Positions 9,121 through 18,775 of a DNA stretch of 64,000 bases are shown here, in pieces. Location of the stretch: IMG/VR virus record IMGVR_UViG_3300032246_002821, positions 64,001 to 128,000 of that record; one strand, given 5' to 3'. Made by a program: the position numbers and the translations under genes. Source of the stretch: a virus. Position 1 is the stretch's first letter, and each line of letters begins with the position of its first letter. The notes below the pieces were generated by a model. It worked only from the letters and a program-made list of their open reading frames with translations. It did no database searches and was not told where the DNA came from.

Positions 9121-10571
9121 TTATACGTGACCTTTTCCTGTGTGAAGGGATAATTGGCTTCGCGGTAGAACTGCTTGCGCTGTGTGAGATGTCGCTTGGC
9201 GAACTTGCAATCGGCAGTTATGTCCCAGATCTGGACGAAGTCCTTGTCCTCAGCTTTGCGGATGCCACGTCCAATAGACTGGATAACTCGGACAAAGCTC
9301 TTTCCCGGCTCCAGCAGTACAAGATTAAAAATACGAGGAATGTTAATACCCACAGCAGCAACTCCATAGGTAGCGACAATAATCTTTCCAGTACTGGTGG
9401 CAATTTCCGCATATTCTTCCTGCCTGTCTTTGTCCTTCATTTCGCCCGATACGAACACGCTGTCCGGCAGCCTAGACACCAGTTCCTCTCCTGCGCTGAT
9501 GCGATCCACCAGCACCAGTGTGTTACCTGTCTTGTTGATCTGTGCGATCAAACCTGACAGATAGTCCAGCCGGTCGCTGTTGGTAGTCAGGTACTTGAGT
9601 TCGTTCTGATAGTTGGTGAATGCGCTGTGCTCTGTGGTCTGCACTATGTTCACGTGGCAGTTGGCCAGCACACCTTTGTCTTGTAGTTCTTTGGCACTGA
9701 GCTGTCCTATGACATCGCCCAGGCTGACTTTCAGTGCCACTTTTTCAAAGTCCTGCTTGGGTATGGTCCCGGTGAGCCCCCAACGGATGGGTATATCTCC
9801 CATGACACCAGTGAGCAGTGTCTTGAGCGCATCAGCTTTGGCCATATGCACTTCGTCCACTATCACACATACCACACCAGCTAAAAATTCCTGTATTGTC
9901 ACATCGGCTTCGTGGTTCTGTGTGTTTTTCAACATTATGTTCAGGCTTTGCCAGGTGCATATGGTATGCGTCTTGCCCAGCTCTTTGCGATCACCGAAGT
10001 AAACACCTGCATCCAGTTCCAGATTTTTGTAGTCTTTCTCGGTCTGTGTCACAAGGCTTTTGTTGGGCACGATCACGATACTGCGCCCATAGGGCTCGAC
10101 CATATTGCTCAGTGCAGCAGTCATTATTGTCTTGCCAGCACCAGTTGCCACCTCTTGCACACACTGCGGATTTTCCAGGAAGCGATTGATGATATCGATC
10201 TGATAGTCGCGCAACACTATGGGTTTACCAGCTTCAGGATGGCCTACTGGCCACACCTTATGGCTGAATGTGTCTTCGTCCACCTGGTTAAATTCAAAGG
10301 GATCACGTGCAGGACGCTGATCCTCCAGTTCGAAGTCCCAGTTACGTTCGCTCAGATACTCTATGATCTCTGGCAAGTGATTTACAAAACCGCTGCCGCC
10401 CAGCTGGAAATAGGCCTGCTTGCCATCCCATCGGCCCAGTCTTACAGCTGGCAAGTGCCTGGCATTGGGCACTTCATACTTGAACTTTGTGACAAGGCGA
10501 CGCCTAGTGTCCAGATCCAGGCCTTCGATCTTGCAGTTGACTTCGTCTTTGATAATGATTTTACACAGCAT
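9117..10571 (-). CDS. uvsW: UvsW-like SF2 DNA helicase
   Basis: LRDYQ, ATGAGKT, VDEVH, GLTGT, GINIP and QSIGRGIR motifs; start corrected to 10571. Confidence 0.93.
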   Translation of the reverse strand: MLCKIIIKDEVNCKIEGLDLDTRRRLVTKFKYEVPNARHLPAVRLGRWDGKQAYFQLGGSGFVNHLPEIIEYLSERNWDFELEDQRPARDPFEFNQVDEDTFSHKVWPVGHPEAGKPIVLRDYQIDIINRFLENPQCVQEVATGAGKTIMTAALSNMVEPYGRSIVIVPNKSLVTQTEKDYKNLELDAGVYFGDRKELGKTHTICTWQSLNIMLKNTQNHEADVTIQEFLAGVVCVIVDEVHMAKADALKTLLTGVMGDIPIRWGLTGTIPKQDFEKVALKVSLGDVIGQLSAKELQDKGVLANCHVNIVQTTEHSAFTNYQNELKYLTTNSDRLDYLSGLIAQINKTGNTLVLVDRISAGEELVSRLPDSVFVSGEMKDKDRQEEYAEIATSTGKIIVATYGVAAVGINIPRIFNLVLLEPGKSFVRVIQSIGRGIRKAEDKDFVQIWDITADCKFAKRHLTQRKQFYREANYPFTQEKVTYK

Positions 10572-10614
10572 TACTATCCAATATAATGGTTTTAGATTAC
10601 AAATACGATAAAAA

Positions 10615-10634
10615 AACACCGCTGTTGCGGTGTT
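10615..10634 (-). terminator. Rho-independent terminator
   Basis: AACACCGC-TGTT-GCGGTGTT hairpin followed by a T-run on the minus strand. Confidence 0.7.
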
Positions 10635-10896
10635 AGTTTGCTATCTCTTCTTTGATATTAGGTCGTCTCTGTTCCAGCTCTTGTAGCACTTTGCTGGTCA
10701 GTTCTTTCACAGATATATCCATTCCAGTGTCTTCATTTGTTCCTGCCAGATAACCTTTGGCCACCAACCAACTCACAGTCTCATAAACACCGTATTGATG
10801 GCCGCCACAGATACCTTCGTGGTAACCGCGACGATAATTGAGGTAGATTCCCACCATAAACACTGCAAACAACAGGGCTGCTGTAATAATGTCCAT
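10633..10896 (-). CDS. Hypothetical membrane protein
   Basis: N-terminal hydrophobic helix. Confidence 0.6.
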   Translation of the reverse strand: MDIITAALLFAVFMVGIYLNYRRGYHEGICGGHQYGVYETVSWLVAKGYLAGTNEDTGMDISVKELTSKVLQELEQRRPNIKEEIAN

Positions 10897-10905
10897 ATAA
10901 CACCT

Positions 10906-11082
10906 TTATTTTTTTGGTTTTACTTCCAGGATTTTCTGGATTGTCACCGAACCACCCACACCGTATTGCATCATGACCAGACGCTTGGCGCTCGTCTGGT
11001 CATTTGCGTTCACAGTAACAGTGAACTGTGTCTGTGGCTCGCCTTTCTTGTAGACGTAGCCTTTGATATCATATTGTTTCAT
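10906..11082 (-). CDS. Small hypothetical protein
   Basis: ATGA-coupled to ATPase stop; start corrected to MKQYDIK. Confidence 0.55.
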   Translation of the reverse strand: MKQYDIKGYVYKKGEPQTQFTVTVNANDQTSAKRLVMMQYGVGGSVTIQKILEVKPKK

Positions 11083-11879
11083 TTGTTTCTCATCACTGTG
11101 ACTTCCGCTACACGCTGCCAACGAGCTGGTTGGCTCTTACGCAAGTCTGCCAATTTAAGGGCAGTACGCAAGCTCATTTCGCGGAAACGTTTGGCATTAT
11201 CCCGCATAAAATCCAGGATCTCGTTCTGTTGGTCTGGATCCAGGTCATAACCTGTGAACAACTTACCAGTCTGGGCTATCTGCACGATACGCAGATATTT
11301 ATCATGCTCTGTGTCCAGGGTCAGATCAATGTAGTGACAACGACTCTGCAGAGCATTCAGGTGGTCCTGCAATTTCTTGCTCTTGATGTTCTCGAACTTG
11401 AGGTTAGTGATGAAGATAACACCGCCCTTGAAGTCGAATTTGTTGGGGATACCTTCGCGGAACAACAGACGGCTGTCTGCGTTCCAGTGGATGGTACGTT
11501 TGCGGCCAGTGTCCAGTGCAGCTTTGAGGATGTTCAAGCTGAGGTCATCCATGAGCACACTGTCACAATCGTCGAAAACCAGCACACAGCCGCTTTCGCT
11601 GAACTCATACAGTTTGGCATACAAGCCCAGGGCAGTCATAGCACCTTTGACCACCTGGTATTTGGTCTGCCCTGCCACCGCATCCACAAGGCTGGCTTCT
11701 TCCAGCTTGCGCTGTACACCATAGCTCTTGCCCACACCAGGAGGACCCACCACTATCATGCTGCGAACGTCGCCTTCTTTGACAGCTTGGGCCATATCTT
11801 CCAGGATATCGAAACGTTCAGCGATCCGTTCCATGGACTGCACATCTGCGGGTTTCAATTGCATAGTTTGCTCCATCAT
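11079..11879 (-). CDS. P-loop ATPase (AAA+-like), function unknown
   Basis: GPPGVGKS Walker A and VLVFDDCD Walker B. Confidence 0.85.
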   Translation of the reverse strand: MMEQTMQLKPADVQSMERIAERFDILEDMAQAVKEGDVRSMIVVGPPGVGKSYGVQRKLEEASLVDAVAGQTKYQVVKGAMTALGLYAKLYEFSESGCVLVFDDCDSVLMDDLSLNILKAALDTGRKRTIHWNADSRLLFREGIPNKFDFKGGVIFITNLKFENIKSKKLQDHLNALQSRCHYIDLTLDTEHDKYLRIVQIAQTGKLFTGYDLDPDQQNEILDFMRDNAKRFREMSLRTALKLADLRKSQPARWQRVAEVTVMRNK

Positions 11880-11895
11880 CTGTTGTTATAATACC

Positions 11896-11923
11896 AATAT
11901 ACAGCCTTTTTACAAAGTGTCAA
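11896..11923 (-). promoter_or_regulatory. sigma70-like promoter of ATPase
   Basis: TTGACA-16bp-TATATT on minus strand; back-to-back with plus-strand TAAATA at 11927-11932. Confidence 0.55.
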
Positions 11924-11951
11924 GCATAAATATTCCAAACAGGAGATAAAA

Positions 11952-12278
11952 ATGGCAATTATTGTTTTAAGATGGACGGTGACCAGAACAAATTTGGATC
12001 AGCCTTTCGATGATGCTACCAATCCGTTCGAAGGATACTGGTTAAATTTACACGCACAGCAATTACGTTCTGGAGAAATTTTGGAAAAAAGTTTCCAATT
12101 CTCTCCCGATAATTTAACCAGAACAACTGTTTATCGATTCCCTGATTGGCAAACATTTGCCAGATTGACAATGGATCGCGCTCTCGACCCTCAGATCAAG
12201 AGCAAGACCTTGTTAGATGTACCGTTTATTCTAAATAACTTTGGTGGTCTTAATATCGATATACGTTACGAAGCATAA
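11952..12278 (+). CDS. Hypothetical protein (late-type promoter)
   Basis: TAAATA plus AGGAG RBS upstream. Confidence 0.6.
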   Translation: MAIIVLRWTVTRTNLDQPFDDATNPFEGYWLNLHAQQLRSGEILEKSFQFSPDNLTRTTVYRFPDWQTFARLTMDRALDPQIKSKTLLDVPFILNNFGGLNIDIRYEA

Positions 12279-12976
12279 TTGCTTCTAGGATATCTTTCAC
12301 GATAATGTCTCTCGCCCGGAATTAAACTCTGGGCGATTTCATATTGACGGGGATTTTTACTACCGATCCAGGCCTCGTTATCGAACCTCCAGTGTGGTTC
12401 GGTAGGATGAGGTTTGAATTGCGTGATCTGCCTGTTTACTTTGTCTTCTGGATGAACTAAAGTGTCCAGTTTTTTCACGTAGTCGCTGCGAGCCCACCAA
12501 AAATTCCCTGAAAAATGTGGCCAAGGATCAGTATTCCAATTGGTTCCGGAACAATCATGATCTGCTAATGCAGCAACATTATCCTGCCATTTCTCGATGG
12601 CTCCCCAATTCATGAATTCACGCCAGTCCCCCACATTGGGATCTCCCCAGCGCAACAGCCCTTTCAAGTGGATGTAACAGATATAAAAATTTTCTTCGCT
12701 GGCTTTGGCCTGCTGGTGCATGAAGTTTAACGTGGGATATTCATGAAATGCAGCATGATTGCACACGGATACCAGGCGTGTCTTGGGTTTAGGTTTGCTG
12801 GCATTCTTCGCGGTTAACCAAGGTTCGAAAGTCCAGGGCTGCCCATTGGCACACACATTGATTTCTGTTACAGCTTTTTCCAAACCTGATTTTTCTATCA
12901 GGGCCCATTGTTGGTCCGCGACATCGCGCCAACCACCCAGTTCGTTCACGTGCCAAAAAACTCGAATATCAGTCAT
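12266..12976 (-). CDS. Putative glycosyltransferase-like protein
   Basis: YIHLKG and HFSGNFWWARSDY motifs of a virus-associated GT-like family. Confidence 0.5.
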   Translation of the reverse strand: MTDIRVFWHVNELGGWRDVADQQWALIEKSGLEKAVTEINVCANGQPWTFEPWLTAKNASKPKPKTRLVSVCNHAAFHEYPTLNFMHQQAKASEENFYICYIHLKGLLRWGDPNVGDWREFMNWGAIEKWQDNVAALADHDCSGTNWNTDPWPHFSGNFWWARSDYVKKLDTLVHPEDKVNRQITQFKPHPTEPHWRFDNEAWIGSKNPRQYEIAQSLIPGERHYRERYPRSNYAS

Positions 12977-12993
12977 ATTTTACCTTGTTGATT

Positions 12994-13067
12994 TGGTGGA
13001 GAATAAGAGAGTCGAACTCTTGATTGAAGCTTGCAAAGCTACCGTTATCCCGTTTAACTAATTCCCC
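12994..13067 (-). tRNA. tRNA-Ala(UGC) with encoded CCA
   Basis: Acceptor stem GGGGAAT/ATTCTCC with the G3:U70 Ala identity pair, discriminator A then CCA; anticodon loop TTTGCAA; T-arm AAGAG-TTCGACT-CTCTT. Confidence 0.92.
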
Positions 13068-13082
13068 AGTATTAAAAGTATA

Positions 13083-13361
13083 CTATTTACGGTTGATTCT
13101 GTCAAGCAAATCTTTCAGCACATCGATAGTCATCTGTACGTCGCGATCTGAACCCATACTCAACATCTGCTGTTGTGTTTCCAGTTCCGATTGGATCAGT
13201 TTGGTAATACGGATCCGTTCTGGTGTATCAGCACGATGCTCAGACACATTGGCGATACGATTCAAACTCTTTAGCACAACCCTGCCGAAATAGATCACAC
13301 AGCCCAACAGACCAATGTTCATCAACAGCAGCCACATATCCATCACAGTTACGAATTTCAT
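13083..13361 (-). CDS. Hypothetical membrane protein
   Basis: N-terminal hydrophobic helix. Confidence 0.55.
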   Translation of the reverse strand: MKFVTVMDMWLLLMNIGLLGCVIYFGRVVLKSLNRIANVSEHRADTPERIRITKLIQSELETQQQMLSMGSDRDVQMTIDVLKDLLDRINRK

Positions 13362-13370
13362 CTTGCCCTC

Positions 13371-13658
13371 TTATAAGTCATATATGTCGTTAGCCCCAAA
13401 GTTATCATAGTCTTTGAACTCTTTGGGTTGGGGTAACATCTTGGCTATGCGTTGGTCGATGTAATCGTCCAATGCCTGGCGGAATTGTTCTTTAGCAGGC
13501 TCATACCTGCTTTCCTTGATACTATCACGTTTGTTGATACTGCCACGTTGCTCGGCTTCCCAAGCATCATCAGCTGCATCCATCATCTCTTCCAGTGCTT
13601 GACAGATTTTATCCATAATATTATCGCCCATTACAAATTTCCTTACAGTATATAACAT
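13371..13658 (-). CDS. Hypothetical protein
   Basis: Helical acidic ORF; true start probably slightly downstream; sigma70-like promoter at 13647-13674. Confidence 0.5.
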   Translation of the reverse strand: MLYTVRKFVMGDNIMDKICQALEEMMDAADDAWEAEQRGSINKRDSIKESRYEPAKEQFRQALDDYIDQRIAKMLPQPKEFKDYDNFGANDIYDL

Positions 13659-13675
13659 TTAAAAATATAGTCAAT

Positions 13676-13701
13676 AAAAAAGGTGGCCTAAGCCACCTTT
13701 T
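13676..13701. terminator. Rho-independent terminator (symmetrical A/T flanks)
   Basis: AAAAAAGGTGGC-CTAA-GCCACCTTTT. Confidence 0.8.
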
Positions 13702-13722
13702 CCATACCAAGTGTGGCGATTA

Positions 13723-14280
13723 TCAGAACTTGTAGTTGAGGCCTAGAGTAACGATGTTGTTATCCTTGATCTTGGTGCCGTCGCTCCAAGTATTCACATA
13801 ACGGTAACGTGCATCTGCTTCCCAGTTCTTGGCGATAGCATACTTCACGCCACCACCCACATTATAGATTGCCTTGTTGTTGTCGCGAACGCCATCACGG
13901 AAATCGTGATTCTGGACGCCAACACCAGCTAGAGCATAAGGTGTGAAACCAAATACTGAACCAAATGGGCTTACCACACCATTGGCTGCGACGCGAGTCT
14001 CGGCCTTCTGTGCGCCCTTCTTGAACTGTTCATCGACTGTGATTTCAGTTGCGAACATTGGACTCCACTTGTATCCAACCACGCCGCCGACGGTGGCAGG
14101 GTTGTCAGTTACTGTACGATCCAACTTTACTGCACCACCAGCATTAACACCAACGTACCAGCTATCTGGTGCTTCCACTTTAGGTGGAGGGGTTGGAGTA
14201 GTCTTCTTGCTGGGCAGATCACCAGCATATGCTGAGGTGACTGACAATGCAAGGATTGCTGCTGCGATATACTTTTTCAT
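13723..14280 (-). CDS. Outer-membrane beta-barrel protein (OmpA-TM / Omp25-RopB-like)
   Basis: Signal peptide MKKYIAAAILALSVTSAYA, then GDLPSKK, Pro linker, SWYVGVNAGG, YNVGGGVKY, and terminal LGLNYKF. Confidence 0.88.
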   Translation of the reverse strand: MKKYIAAAILALSVTSAYAGDLPSKKTTPTPPPKVEAPDSWYVGVNAGGAVKLDRTVTDNPATVGGVVGYKWSPMFATEITVDEQFKKGAQKAETRVAANGVVSPFGSVFGFTPYALAGVGVQNHDFRDGVRDNNKAIYNVGGGVKYAIAKNWEADARYRYVNTWSDGTKIKDNNIVTLGLNYKF

Positions 14281-14306
14281 TTTCTTTTCCTTTTGGTTTT
14301 TATAAC

Positions 14307-14343
14307 ACCCTGTTAATATACTAAGTTTGTACAGGGTTGTCAA
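14307..14343 (-). promoter_or_regulatory. sigma70-like promoter of OMP gene with overlapping inverted repeat
   Basis: TTGACA-17bp-TATATT; ACCCTGT (14307-13) and ACAGGGT (14331-37) flank the -10. Confidence 0.6.
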
Positions 14344-14428
14344 CAATTACTTGAATTTAATTCATTGTTGATCTAGTAGCAATTTATTTATGCTTTTCAA
14401 ATCCGTTGTGCGTGTTTGCGACGCAACA

Positions 14429-15163
14429 TCACACTGCTAAAATCTGCACACTTCTGTCCAACCACTGCAAAATCAAGTCGGTTTCTTCGAAAAAACCCTT
14501 GGATTCGATGATTTCGTCCAGACAGGCGGGCAATCTCATACTATTTTTCAGATCATACAAATTATTGGTGTAATTGGGCGCATTAGTAGTCTTGTATACC
14601 ACCAGATTGATCCAACCATTTTGCTTGTCCAATTGGAAATGTGCGTCCCTGCAATCGAATCCCGTAGCAGCCAGCTGTAATATGAGATTGCTGAGTGTAT
14701 GGACGAAATACACGCCTGGTTCCACCACCAGATTTACTTTGTTGGTGTCGTTGGCCTGATTGACGCCCAATCTATAGGGCACCTGTATACACAAGCATCC
14801 ATCTGGTTTCAGGATCCTGTGCCAATTTATCAGTGTGCCCAGAGGGTTCAGACTGTATTGGAAACTATTGTGGCACCAGATCAGGTCCTGTTCAGGCAGT
14901 TCAACTTGGCTGAAATCAGTGTAGATCCATTTGATATTGGGATGGCTACGCATGATATTCACGTCAGGATACATCTCCACTGCTGTCACTTTGATGCCAT
15001 AGCTGACATTATCCCTGTTACAGAGTTCAGCCCACCACACTGCGTCCAGTCCTGCACCTGCTCCCATCACAGCTACATTTTTAATACCATCCATCCAGTC
15101 TTGGTACTTTTCCAGGATGGACAGTGTTTTTAGGCTGTATTGGTGACTTGCTAATGTATCCAT
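14429..15163 (-). CDS. Class I SAM-dependent methyltransferase
   Basis: VAVMGAGAGLD motif I, DLIWCHNSFQY and RILKPDG; start corrected to MDTLAS. Confidence 0.85.
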   Translation of the reverse strand: MDTLASHQYSLKTLSILEKYQDWMDGIKNVAVMGAGAGLDAVWWAELCNRDNVSYGIKVTAVEMYPDVNIMRSHPNIKWIYTDFSQVELPEQDLIWCHNSFQYSLNPLGTLINWHRILKPDGCLCIQVPYRLGVNQANDTNKVNLVVEPGVYFVHTLSNLILQLAATGFDCRDAHFQLDKQNGWINLVVYKTTNAPNYTNNLYDLKNSMRLPACLDEIIESKGFFEETDLILQWLDRSVQILAV

Positions 15164-15255
15164 TTTTTCTTCCTCTTTGTGTTTATGCTTGCACATTGTT
15201 ATTGCATTAAAGTCTGGAATTTGTTACCATAGTTTTAAAGGAAATAAGTATTCAT

Positions 15256-16059
15256 ATGAAAATCACCATTTATCAACCACATCACGAACAAAATCAAAAA
15301 CTTACCCCCGAGTTCCAGGCGGTGCTTAATCCCAATATCAGCGACAGCGACTGGCATATCCAGAACTATCTGGGTATCTGTAAGATAGCAGAAACCCAGG
15401 AAATGGATTACTGGGGCACATTCAACAGCGATTGGCAAAGCCTGATTCCGGGATACACTGCACAGGACATCATAGATCACGTCAACGACAATCCAGATAA
15501 TGATGTGTACGTGTTCACTGCGTTCAGTTTCCTGGATGCCACTATTTACAATGTGTGGGAACAGGGACAGTGGTGCCACCCCGAGATCATTAAGCTGGCC
15601 AGCAGCATCTTGAACAAGATGGGTTATGATCCCGATCTGGTCAAACAGCCCATGACCTTCGCAGAAATGAGTTATGGACAGTGCATCATAGGCAACAAAA
15701 AGTTCTGGTCCGGCTGGTGCGAATTTCTCAACAAGATGAGCGAAGCTATGTATGAGCTCAGCGATTACGAAAAAGAAATCCTCAACAGCAACGCAGACAA
15801 AGCCAATACCAAAGACACCTACGTGCCTTATCTGGTGGAGCGTATGCTGGCCACCTATCTGCTGATCAATCGGGACGAGCTGACAGTGATGCCGCATCTG
15901 GACAATTACGAAAAAACACTGGGTGCAGAAATGCTGGGGCGGGTGCAAGACAAATACAATGCAGTGGCCGATGATGACCAGCAAGCACTGGGCAAATGGG
16001 TAGCTACACGCAGATTGGAAGCTGGCTGCTTCGACTGGGCCACATACTGGCGCACATGA
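15256..16059 (+). CDS. Hypothetical protein, possible glycosyltransferase-like
   Basis: YWGTFN...YLVERM pattern; located in sugar cluster; TAAGTA 5 nt upstream. Confidence 0.45.
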   Translation: MKITIYQPHHEQNQKLTPEFQAVLNPNISDSDWHIQNYLGICKIAETQEMDYWGTFNSDWQSLIPGYTAQDIIDHVNDNPDNDVYVFTAFSFLDATIYNVWEQGQWCHPEIIKLASSILNKMGYDPDLVKQPMTFAEMSYGQCIIGNKKFWSGWCEFLNKMSEAMYELSDYEKEILNSNADKANTKDTYVPYLVERMLATYLLINRDELTVMPHLDNYEKTLGAEMLGRVQDKYNAVADDDQQALGKWVATRRLEAGCFDWATYWRT

Positions 16060-16853
16060 AAATATTGATCACTGGTGCCGGCGGGTTCGTCGGCACCCAT
16101 TTAACCAAACACTACTCGCAGACAGAATGGCTGATACACAGCCCGGGCAGATCCCAATTGGATCTCACAGATGCACCGGCAGTTGCACGTTTTTTCGACA
16201 CCACCAGATATGATTGTGTCATACACACAGCACTGCACGGCCGAGATCGCGTGTACAACACAGATGCAGATCTGTATGATGTAAACCTGCAGATATGGCA
16301 GAATCTATCAGCTAACAGGCATAAGTTCGCTAAACTGATAAACATCAGCACAGGTATGGAGTATGATCCCAGCCGCAATATAGATCACGCCAGCGAAGAC
16401 GATATCAATTATGTGGAACCAGTGCTGCCCTATGCTGCTGTGAAAAATCTCATAGCCAAGCAGGTGTTGGCTCATCCCGACAGTTACAATCTCAGACTGT
16501 TCGGAGCATTACATTATTCTGAGAAAAACAGGTTTTTCGATAACCTGTTGAAACAGCAGCAATTCCATATAAAAACAGATAGGCGTTATGATTATTTCAA
16601 TCTGGATGATTTACCCACTGTGATAGACGCTGTTATGTTCGATAACTGTGTGCATCGTGACATAAACTGCGTGTATGAAAACAAATACACACTGGGCCAA
16701 TTGGCAGAGATGTTCTGCCAGATTCAAAATCTAAATTATAATAAAGTCATCATTGACGATGTACACCCGCACAGCTACACAGGTGATAGTTCTAGGCTCA
16801 GCAGTCTGAATATTCCTTTGCTGGGCCTGGAATTGGGTATGTTACGGTATTAA
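16056..16853 (+). CDS. NAD-dependent epimerase/dehydratase/reductase (extended SDR)
   Basis: ILITGAGGFVG and YxxxK (YAAVK); ATGA-coupled start at 16056. Confidence 0.88.
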   Translation: MKILITGAGGFVGTHLTKHYSQTEWLIHSPGRSQLDLTDAPAVARFFDTTRYDCVIHTALHGRDRVYNTDADLYDVNLQIWQNLSANRHKFAKLINISTGMEYDPSRNIDHASEDDINYVEPVLPYAAVKNLIAKQVLAHPDSYNLRLFGALHYSEKNRFFDNLLKQQQFHIKTDRRYDYFNLDDLPTVIDAVMFDNCVHRDINCVYENKYTLGQLAEMFCQIQNLNYNKVIIDDVHPHSYTGDSSRLSSLNIPLLGLELGMLRY

Positions 16854-17810
16854 CCGTTCGAGCATGGCTGTGTAATCTGCCCACACACTCTGTTTGCTAT
16901 AGGCTTCATACAACGGCTCCAAGGGTTTGGTGCCATTAGTGATGATTTCTCGTAGACTGCTGTTTTCAATCAAAATGCCAGGTTCCAGATTCCACATATT
17001 ACGCATCTGATGGCTGCGTGTTATGGCGATGGGACGACGGGCGGCCAGAGCATAATCAGGGCTGCTGGCGATGCCACAACCATCCAGATAATCATAAAAG
17101 TAGCAGTTGATGGTGTTGTGTGCTAGCAGATCCACTATCTGTGCGGTATCCAATAATTCGTGTGTGGCTATGATTTCGATACCAGGCTTTGTGATGATAT
17201 CACGCACTTCCTGCACACGACGATGTGCATCCACGCCGTGTGGATCTCCGTAGAATCCATAGGGAATATGCAATCTGATGATAGCCTCATCGAATTCTTC
17301 TTGCACCTGATGTGCGATCCGTGGAATGCCTTTGTGTACTGGTCCGAAACCCTGGAAACCGATGATGGGTTTGGCACCGTCCTGATACACGTGGGTGGTG
17401 GGATCTGGTAATAGCCTGTTGGTGATAAAAACGTGGTCATTGCCCACTACGCTGGGATCATCTGCCAGCAGGTATTTCCAACCCCAGTGATCTTCTGGAC
17501 GGAAATTATCTGCCAGGGCCTGATGCATATCGTGATGTATTTTCACGTGCGGAATATTGGTAAAAGGCGCACGGAGAGCTGGATCATTCATCCAGGGCGT
17601 GGTGCCGACCGCATAGTTATAGATCACCACTTTGGGTTCGAAGCTTCGGATCTTGTCGTGTACTTCGGCAATGCTGTCGGTATACAACAGATCGAATTCA
17701 TATTCCGGATGCTGTAGCAGCGTTTCTCCGATAAGCTTACCGATAATGCCGATGCCGCAGGCTGCTTTTGCGCCCAGTGTCTGTGTTACGAATAATACTT
17801 TATGTTTCAT
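16842..17810 (-). CDS. GT-B (GT4-like) glycosyltransferase paralog 1
   Basis: IGFQGFGPVHKG and ALAARRPIAIT; paralog of 18776-19738 and 19735-20778. Confidence 0.65.
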   Translation of the reverse strand: MKHKVLFVTQTLGAKAACGIGIIGKLIGETLLQHPEYEFDLLYTDSIAEVHDKIRSFEPKVVIYNYAVGTTPWMNDPALRAPFTNIPHVKIHHDMHQALADNFRPEDHWGWKYLLADDPSVVGNDHVFITNRLLPDPTTHVYQDGAKPIIGFQGFGPVHKGIPRIAHQVQEEFDEAIIRLHIPYGFYGDPHGVDAHRRVQEVRDIITKPGIEIIATHELLDTAQIVDLLAHNTINCYFYDYLDGCGIASSPDYALAARRPIAITRSHQMRNMWNLEPGILIENSSLREIITNGTKPLEPLYEAYSKQSVWADYTAMLERLIP

Positions 17811-18766
17811 TTGTTTACCTGTTGATTGATCCAATTATAAGTCTTAGTGAGGTCAGCCAACAAATCCTGTTTGGGTGCCCATTGTAATTTATCTTTGATC
17901 AGATCGTTGTTGCTGTTTCTGCCACGCACACCTTCCGGTCCAGGAATGTGCTTTTTGACCAGTGTTTTACCAGCTATGCCCGATACCATATCCACCAGTT
18001 GATTGATGCTGATCATCTGATCCGATCCGATGTTGACTGGTCCTGGGAAATCACTGGTTACCAGACGCATCACGCCTTCCACACAATCATCTATGTGCAG
18101 GAAGCTACGCAACTGTTCACCATCGCCCCAGATCTCGATCTCTGATCCATCGGCTGCCTCAGCTACTTTGCGGCAGATAGCAGCTGGTGCTTTTTCCTTG
18201 CCGCCCTGCCAGGTGCCATATTCACCGAAGATGTTGTGGAACCTGGCGATGCGATTTTTCATACCATATTGTTTGTTGTAGGCCAGATACATACGTTCGC
18301 TGAACAGTTTCTCCCAGCCGTATTCGCTGTCAGGATATGCAGGATATGCCGACTCTTCACGGCAATCTGGATTGGCATCCATCTGCAGATGCTCGTTGTA
18401 TACGCAGGCACTGCTGCTGAAGAACACCTGTTTACATCCCACACGATTGGCTGCTGCCAACACATTCAGGTTGATACCAGCACTGTTGTTCATGACATCT
18501 GCATCGTGTTCGCCTGTGTTGATATATCCGGCACCGCCCATATCTGCTGCCAATTGGAAGATGATGTCGGCGGGAAAATCCACTATGTTATCCACTTGTT
18601 CCTGATAATACAGATTGGCGATGTGAAAATCATCCGCTTCCGTTTCCGCGAATTCAGGAAACTTCAAGTCAGCACCACGTACCCAATAACCTTCTGCTTT
18701 CAATCTTTTAACGATATGGCTGCCGATGAATCCACCTGCGCCACAAACTATTGCTGTCTTTTGCAT
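17807..18766 (-). CDS. GDP-mannose 3,5-epimerase-like SDR
   Basis: GAGGFIG, FQLAADMGGAGY, FFSSSACVY, YGWEKLFSE and KEKAPAAICRK, the GME-family signature. Confidence 0.88.
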   Translation of the reverse strand: MQKTAIVCGAGGFIGSHIVKRLKAEGYWVRGADLKFPEFAETEADDFHIANLYYQEQVDNIVDFPADIIFQLAADMGGAGYINTGEHDADVMNNSAGINLNVLAAANRVGCKQVFFSSSACVYNEHLQMDANPDCREESAYPAYPDSEYGWEKLFSERMYLAYNKQYGMKNRIARFHNIFGEYGTWQGGKEKAPAAICRKVAEAADGSEIEIWGDGEQLRSFLHIDDCVEGVMRLVTSDFPGPVNIGSDQMISINQLVDMVSGIAGKTLVKKHIPGPEGVRGRNSNNDLIKDKLQWAPKQDLLADLTKTYNWINQQVNK

Positions 18767-18775
18767 TTTACCACC

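Noticed and set aside
14347-14428. Intergenic gap between OMP promoter and methyltransferase stop as possible ncRNA
   Set aside because: No convincing stem structure or tRNA features by eye
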